Shown here piece by piece: positions 25,102 to 29,673 of a DNA stretch of 29,673 nt (its first letter is position 1; every line of letters starts with the position of its first letter). The translations under genes were made by a program, and so were the position numbers. The notes below the pieces were generated by a model that did no database searches, was not told the DNA's origin, and saw only the letters and a list, made by a program, of their open reading frames with translations. Source of the stretch: an uncultured Oscillospiraceae bacterium (GTDB lineage Bacteria; Bacillota; Clostridia; Oscillospirales; Ruminococcaceae); the NCBI GenBank assembly GCA_950097605.1, contig CATNEU010000001.1, positions 1-29,673 on the forward strand, given 5' to 3'.

Positions 25102-25637
25102 GCCTGTTCCTCCAGCAGTGTGTGATAGAGCGGGGTATAGGTCAGCTTTCCCTGGAGCCTTTCGGACTTCATCAGGGTGATCCGCTCCACCCGCATTTCC
25201 ATCGGCGGGACCCGCTTTGCAAGCGCATTTTCATCGGGCGGGTCGGACAGGCGCACCTCGCGCGCAAGTGTCAAATGCGGCTTAAAGGGCTTATCGTCCA
25301 GCGAAAAGCCCTGCTTGCGCAGCGCGTCTGCAACCTGCGCCTGCAAACCGGCAAGCGGCGCGCTCAGTTCAGCGCCCGCCCAGTAGAGGTCGCCGCCGCG
25401 CCGTGCAAACCGTCCCATACCGCCGATTGTCAACGAAAACGGCGCGGCCCGCACCGACGCCATGGCGCGCTTTGCGTCGGCCAGCCGCGCGGTCTCTCCA
25501 ATAAACGCGAGGGTGAGATGCAGGTTATTCCGATGGGTAAACCTGCCGAACTGCGCCTGCTCCCGCAGCGCGCCGGACGCGCGGCAGAGCGCGTCCCGTA
25601 TGGCGTCTTCGAGGCAGATAGCCACAAACAAACGCAT
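25098..25637 (-). CDS. thpR: RNA 2',3'-cyclic phosphodiesterase (2H family, LigT/ThpR)
   Basis: MRLFVAI, two 2H motifs (NLHLTLAFIG, FKPHLTLAR), and LMKS.L....YTPL. Confidence 0.9.
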   Translation of the reverse strand: MRLFVAICLEDAIRDALCRASGALREQAQFGRFTHRNNLHLTLAFIGETARLADAKRAMASVRAAPFSLTIGGMGRFARRGGDLYWAGAELSAPLAGLQAQVADALRKQGFSLDDKPFKPHLTLAREVRLSDPPDENALAKRVPPMEMRVERITLMKSERLQGKLTYTPLYHTLLEEQA

Positions 25638-25643
25638 ACCAAG

Positions 25644-26399
25644 TCACTTCCTTTCCTCTATCTCGCCGCCAAACAGCCAGGTCAGCGCAAGGCGGTAGCG
25701 TTCGGGAATCTCATAAAAATGGTCGCCGGGCACGCGCCGCAAAACCGTCTGCGCGGTGCTTTTCAGCTCCCGCCGCAGCGAGGCGAACACCTGCTCCGCC
25801 GCCTGCTCGACGCACTTCATGCGCGGCGTGGCGCGCCGGCTCTCGGCCTTGCCCAGGGAGAGGTAGACCCGCGCCGCCGCCGACGCGGGCGCATGCTCCA
25901 GCGCATATGCCGCAAACCCATCGTACCACAGCGAACCCGATATCCCTGCAAACAGGCCGAAAACCCCGGTCCGGTAGACCGCATACACCGCAAACAGCCC
26001 GCCCAGGGAGTAACCGGCCAGCGCTGTGTCCGCAGGACCGGACAGCGTTCGGTACGCCCGGTCCACGGCGGGCTTGATCAGTTCAGTCAGCCGCGCAAGG
26101 CAGGCGTCGGCCCGGCCGCCAAACGGCCGCCCGTTTTTGGAAAGCGGCGGGGCCGGCCAGGGGGTATAGTCGTCGTCGCGCCGCTCATCCAGCGGTGAAA
26201 CCAAAATAAACGGGCGGCAGCTCCCCGCAGCAAAGCCGGGCTCCAGCAGCTCGATGATCTCCGCAAGCCCCGTTTCGAGCATCCGCCCGTCGGCTGCATA
26301 CACCACCGGATAGCGCTCCTGCCCGCTTGCATACTGCGGCGGCAGATACACCAGGCAGGGCACGCCGCCCAGCTCCGCACGCAATACGTTCCCCTGCAT
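25644..26399 (-). CDS. Alpha/beta-hydrolase esterase (IroE/Fes-like)
   Basis: VYLPPQY....RYPVVY..DG, R..DYTPWP, nucleophile elbow GYSLGG, SGSLWY, and YLSLG.AE; ATG after GGAGGAGG. Confidence 0.85.
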   Translation of the reverse strand: MQGNVLRAELGGVPCLVYLPPQYASGQERYPVVYAADGRMLETGLAEIIELLEPGFAAGSCRPFILVSPLDERRDDDYTPWPAPPLSKNGRPFGGRADACLARLTELIKPAVDRAYRTLSGPADTALAGYSLGGLFAVYAVYRTGVFGLFAGISGSLWYDGFAAYALEHAPASAAARVYLSLGKAESRRATPRMKCVEQAAEQVFASLRRELKSTAQTVLRRVPGDHFYEIPERYRLALTWLFGGEIEERK

Positions 26400-26427
26400 C
26401 CGTGCACCTCCTCCCTGTTGGCTGCGG

Positions 26428-27387
26428 CTAGTCCGCCTGATCGAGCAGCGCTCCATAGCCAAGCGCCTCCATCTGTGATTTGGGAACAAACCGCAGCGCG
26501 GCGCTGTTGATGCAATAGCGAAGTCCGCCCCGGTCCGTGGGGCCGTCGTCAAACACATGTCCAAGGTGCGCGTCCCCCACGCGGCTGCGCACTTCCGTGC
26601 GCAGAATGCCGTACGACCGGTCCTCCGATTCCCGTGCAACCAGCGGGTCAACCGGCTTTGCAAAGCTCGGCCAGCCGCAGCCCGCGTCAAACTTGTCCCG
26701 GGAGGAAAACAGAGGCTCGCCCGTCGTGACGTCCACATAGATTCCGGGCTCGTAGTGGTCCCAGTATTCCCCCGTAAACGCCGGTTCGGTCGCGCCCTGC
26801 CTGGCCACGGCATACTGGCGTTCCGTAAGCGCTTCCCGCAATTTGCCGTCGCTCTGCCGCTGATAGCGGGTGGGGTCCACAACGGCCCGCGCGGCCCGCC
26901 TGACCAGCGCCGGTCCTATGTGGCAATAACCGCCCGGATTTTTCTCGAGATACTTTTGATGTTCGTCCTCCGCCGGGGCATAGTTGAGAAGCGGCGCCTG
27001 CTCGATGGCCAGCGGCTTCGCATACCGCTTTTGCAGCGCGCGCAGCGACGCCGCAATCACCGGCGCGTCGGCTTCGGCCGTGTAGTAAATGCCCGTGCGA
27101 TACTGCGTCCCGCGGTCGTTTCCCTGCCGGTTGACCGAAACCGGGTCAATCGCCTCATAAAACAGTTCCAGCAGGAACGGCAGCGGCAGCCGTTCGGGGT
27201 CGTATTCGACCCGCACCGCCTCCGCATGTCCCGTATCCTCATAGCACACCTGCTCATAGGTGGGATTTTCCGTACGCCCGTTGGCATAGCCCACCTCGGT
27301 GCGCACAACGCCGCGTATTTTCGATACATAGTTCTCCAATCCCCAAAAGCAACCGCCGGCCAGATAGATTTCTTTGTTTTGCTGCAA
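26428..27387 (-). CDS. msrAB: Bifunctional peptide methionine sulfoxide reductase MsrA-MsrB
   Basis: MsrA GGCFWG, GYANG, TGHAE, QYRTGIY, AED.HQ.YL. MsrB GCGWPSF, RTEVRS, HLGHVF.DGP, RYCINS. TTG start 8 nt after GGAGG. Confidence 0.95.
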   Translation of the reverse strand: MQQNKEIYLAGGCFWGLENYVSKIRGVVRTEVGYANGRTENPTYEQVCYEDTGHAEAVRVEYDPERLPLPFLLELFYEAIDPVSVNRQGNDRGTQYRTGIYYTAEADAPVIAASLRALQKRYAKPLAIEQAPLLNYAPAEDEHQKYLEKNPGGYCHIGPALVRRAARAVVDPTRYQRQSDGKLREALTERQYAVARQGATEPAFTGEYWDHYEPGIYVDVTTGEPLFSSRDKFDAGCGWPSFAKPVDPLVARESEDRSYGILRTEVRSRVGDAHLGHVFDDGPTDRGGLRYCINSAALRFVPKSQMEALGYGALLDQAD

Positions 27388-27585
27388 TCCAATTGCCTCC
27401 TTTTGCAAATACTCTTTCTAGCATACCCGGAAAAGGCGTTTCTATAGAGCCCGGCATGGACAGTTGGGCGGGCAGCGGGTTGATTTTAGGAACGTTGCCG
27501 CAAGCCAGGCTGGAGCGGGCACTTTGTATACCCGATTTTTCCCCCGCGACTCTGCATGGAGCGCACCATACCAAATGCTATTCGT

Positions 27586-27614
27586 ATTATAATGCATGCC
27601 GTCCGTTTTCTCAA
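27586..27614 (-). promoter_or_regulatory. Sigma-A promoter of the msrAB operon
   Basis: TTGAGA-17 bp-TATAAT. Confidence 0.65.
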
Positions 27615-27659
27615 CAGAAAGCGCATAGCCCCTTTTTTCTGCTTGCCGCCCGACCAAAC

Positions 27660-27827
27660 AGCTTATACAAATATGCAATGCATATTTATCTAGATCTATA
27701 AAATTATATCATAAATAGAAATATAAGGTTGACTTTTGTATGGGCTTGGACTATATTGAAATCAGAAAAAAGGGATTCCCTTCATTTTGGAAAACAACAG
27801 GACAAAAAACAGAGGAGGTTTTGACTT
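27660..27827 (+). promoter_or_regulatory. Upstream cassette, copy 1 (palindrome + promoter + RBS)
   Basis: aaatatgca-a-tgcatattt (27669-27687); TTGACT-17-TATATT (27729-27757); GGAGG RBS. Confidence 0.7.
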
Positions 27828-28922
27828 ATGCATCATCATCAGCTTCGCAGAACTCTCAAGAAAGCCGCCGCCATTCTGTGCGTCGCAGCTCTAGCGGTCA
27901 CAGCGGTCCCGGCAGGCGCCGTATCCGCCGCTTCGGCTTCCGCAGCCCAGGCTGCTTCCGACATTTCGGATTACCAGATGTATCTGGAGAGAAACGTCGG
28001 CGTGGACGGCGACAGCGTGCGTCCAATCGCGCTCGGCCAGAATACAACGGGATACATCAACCACGCCTCCGGCAACATGGCGCTCAAAATCGACATCCTC
28101 GACGGCCTTTCCCTGGTCTACAACTCCCAGACCGACGCGGATAACCGTATGGGGCTTGGTGTCACCTGCAACTACCTGCAAACGGTCGAACGGGTGGACC
28201 GCGATACCTTTGTGCAGACCGAATGGGACGGCAGCCGCCACTATTTCAAACGGCTGCGCGGCGAAATGTTCCGCGACGACCGCAATTATATGATGACAAA
28301 CTCTTTTGACAGCTCCAACTCCACGCTCGGCTGCATCATCAGCCGCGAAACCGACCAGGGCTCGCGCAATCTGTTCTTCGACCGCAACGGCTATCTGATC
28401 CAGGAGGAGCTCGGTGAAAACATAACCAACATCACCTACGACTATTCCTACGAAAACGAATACCATGTGATTGATACAATTGAGAGCAGCAAATTCGGCA
28501 AAGTGAAGTTTGGATATGCGCGCCCCATACGCGGACAGTTGCGTCTGGCTGGTATCGAATTGGTTCAGGAAGACGGCACAAGCCAGCCAATCTGCGCTAT
28601 CAACATTACGGATACAAGCTTGTTTACCAGCGGAACCCTGAATTCAGTAAAATTCGCAGACGGCAACGAAGTTTCGTTGCAATACGATTACAACACCCAT
28701 CTGCTGTCCAGCGTGCGGGACCCGAGCTATCCGTCCAGCAGCCTCTTCTTCTATGGCGAGACCGGTGGGCTGACGCGTATCGGTTCTTTCCAATGCAAGG
28801 ATACGAGCTATCCTAACAGGCCTCCGTACGACGGTGCGACTTTCTATTATGAATCCAATTCCACCGTTGTCTATAATGCGGATGGTTCCAGCTATACGGT
28901 CGACGTTTGGTCCGGCCAGTAA
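27828..28922 (+). CDS. Secreted protein resembling the start of an RHS/YD-repeat (WapA-like) protein, without RHS core or toxin
   Basis: Sec-type signal peptide (KKAAAILCVAALAVTAVPAGA). GYINHASGNM, LSLVYNS, MGLGVTCNYLQTV and WDGSRHYF resemble the pre-RHS (DUF6531-like) segment, followed by a few YD-like repeats. Confidence 0.6.
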   Translation: MHHHQLRRTLKKAAAILCVAALAVTAVPAGAVSAASASAAQAASDISDYQMYLERNVGVDGDSVRPIALGQNTTGYINHASGNMALKIDILDGLSLVYNSQTDADNRMGLGVTCNYLQTVERVDRDTFVQTEWDGSRHYFKRLRGEMFRDDRNYMMTNSFDSSNSTLGCIISRETDQGSRNLFFDRNGYLIQEELGENITNITYDYSYENEYHVIDTIESSKFGKVKFGYARPIRGQLRLAGIELVQEDGTSQPICAINITDTSLFTSGTLNSVKFADGNEVSLQYDYNTHLLSSVRDPSYPSSSLFFYGETGGLTRIGSFQCKDTSYPNRPPYDGATFYYESNSTVVYNADGSSYTVDVWSGQ

Positions 28923-28979
28923 AGCCTTCTACATGAATCCTTCTTAATAATCCCTTCTTATCGTTCTTCCCATCTTTCA

Positions 28980-29027
28980 ACCGGAGAGGCGGCTGCGGAG
29001 ATTTTCGCAGCCGCCTTTCCGGTTTTA
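28980..29027 (+). terminator. Intrinsic terminator between the paralogs
   Basis: accggagaggcggctgcg...cgcagccgcctttccggt followed by a T-tract. Confidence 0.8.
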
Positions 29028-29090
29028 TATACAAACGCAATGAGATCGCAAGCGCATATGTCCATTGTTTTTAAACCGCCAAGGCCGGGT

Positions 29091-29257
29091 CAGCTTAGAC
29101 CAATATGCATGAGCATATTTGTCTAGATATATAAAATATTCTCATATATTCTAAATACAGGTTGACTTTCCAATGCGTCGGTACTATAGTCAAGGTGATG
29201 AAAGAAGCTCTCTTTCATATGGAAAACAACAGGACAAAAAAGAGGAGGTTTTTACTT
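29091..29257 (+). repeat. Upstream cassette, copy 2 (diverged duplicate of 27660-27827)
   Basis: aatatgc-atga-gcatatt; TTGACT-17-TATAGT (29162-29190); identical ggaaaacaacaggacaaaaa; GGAGG RBS. Confidence 0.75.
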
Positions 29258-29673
29258 ATGCAAAACAGTCAACTCCGCAAATGTCTCAAAAAAGCGGCGG
29301 CCATTGTGTGTGTTGCGGCTCTCGCCGTCACAGCCGTCCCGGCAGGCGCCGTACCCATCGCGTCGGCTTCCGCGGCGCAGGCCGCTTCGGCTGTCTCCGA
29401 TTATCAGATGTATCTGGAGAGCAACGTGGGCGTAACCGGTGATGGCGCGCGCGATTTCAATATCGGCCGGAACACAATGGGATACATCAACCACGTCACC
29501 GGCAACATGGCACTTAAAATCGACGTAGCCGACGGCCTTTCCCTGGTCTACAACTCCCAGACCGGTACGGATCTCCGCATGGGGCTCGGCGTAACCTGCA
29601 ACTACTCCCAGACCGTAGAGCAAGTGGACGAAGATACCTATGTGCAGACCGATTGGGACGGCAGCCGCCACTA
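29258..29673 (+). CDS. Tandem paralog of 27828-28922, truncated by the window end (not in the ORF track)
   Basis: Translates as MQNSQLRKCLKKAAAIVCVAALAVTAVPAGA...SDYQMYLESNVG...GYINHVTGNMALKID..DGLSLVYNSQ...MGLGVTCNYSQTVE...WDGSRH, collinear with copy 1. Confidence 0.85.
   Translation, partial: MQNSQLRKCLKKAAAIVCVAALAVTAVPAGAVPIASASAAQAASAVSDYQMYLESNVGVTGDGARDFNIGRNTMGYINHVTGNMALKIDVADGLSLVYNSQTGTDLRMGLGVTCNYSQTVEQVDEDTYVQTDWDGSRH

Noticed and set aside
26400-26882. N-terminal extension of the esterase ORF (412 aa)
   Set aside because: It overlaps msrB in another frame; the real start is ATG 26399 after GGAGGAGG.
25122-27447. Long plus-strand ORFs (358 aa, 296 aa)
   Set aside because: Antisense shadows of thpR, the esterase and msrAB.
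27420-27570. Cobalamin or SAM-I riboswitch call for the msrAB leader
   Set aside because: Only isolated fragments match; spacing and 3' consensus elements are missing. Kept as an unnamed candidate instead.
1-29673. CRISPR arrays, tRNA/rRNA genes, IS elements, integrases, reverse transcriptases
   Set aside because: No regularly spaced repeat-spacer arrays, cloverleaf/T-loop signatures, DDE, tyrosine/serine recombinase or YADD motifs were seen by eye.

Overview
GC-rich (about 60%) chromosomal window, most likely from a Clostridia/Oscillospiraceae-like Firmicute (inferred from gene content, GGAGG ribosome-binding sites and sigma-A promoters). I see no rRNA, tRNA, CRISPR array or transposase. 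Left to right: a 5'-truncated, low-GC M35 metallopeptidase fused to a six-repeat beta-propeller; a YcsG/Nramp-like transporter; a Na/Pi cotransporter; a secreted SurA-N-like protein; a B12 radical SAM enzyme; a stand-alone Smr protein; coaX-panT; a lipoprotein; a fruR-fruK-fruA-HPr operon with a four-repeat FruR operator; nitroreductase-ywbE-arsC; a MerR/GyrI regulator behind its own 19-bp-spacer promoter; several housekeeping enzymes; a seven-gene msrAB stress/repair operon; and two tandem secreted 'mini-RHS/YD' paralogs with duplicated promoters. The best candidate for an undescribed system is 21263-23286. There a PrfH-coupled-type RtcB RNA ligase with no prfH beside it sits behind an unannotated 12-codon leader peptide (MLTETRRGKTIL) and an intrinsic terminator, consistent with an attenuator. 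It is back-to-back with a yjdF riboswitch controlling a YjdF/DUF2992 protein with a very basic C-terminal tail. I interpret this as a doubly riboregulated translation-damage response module. That interpretation is inference. All family calls come from motif recognition, not database searches.
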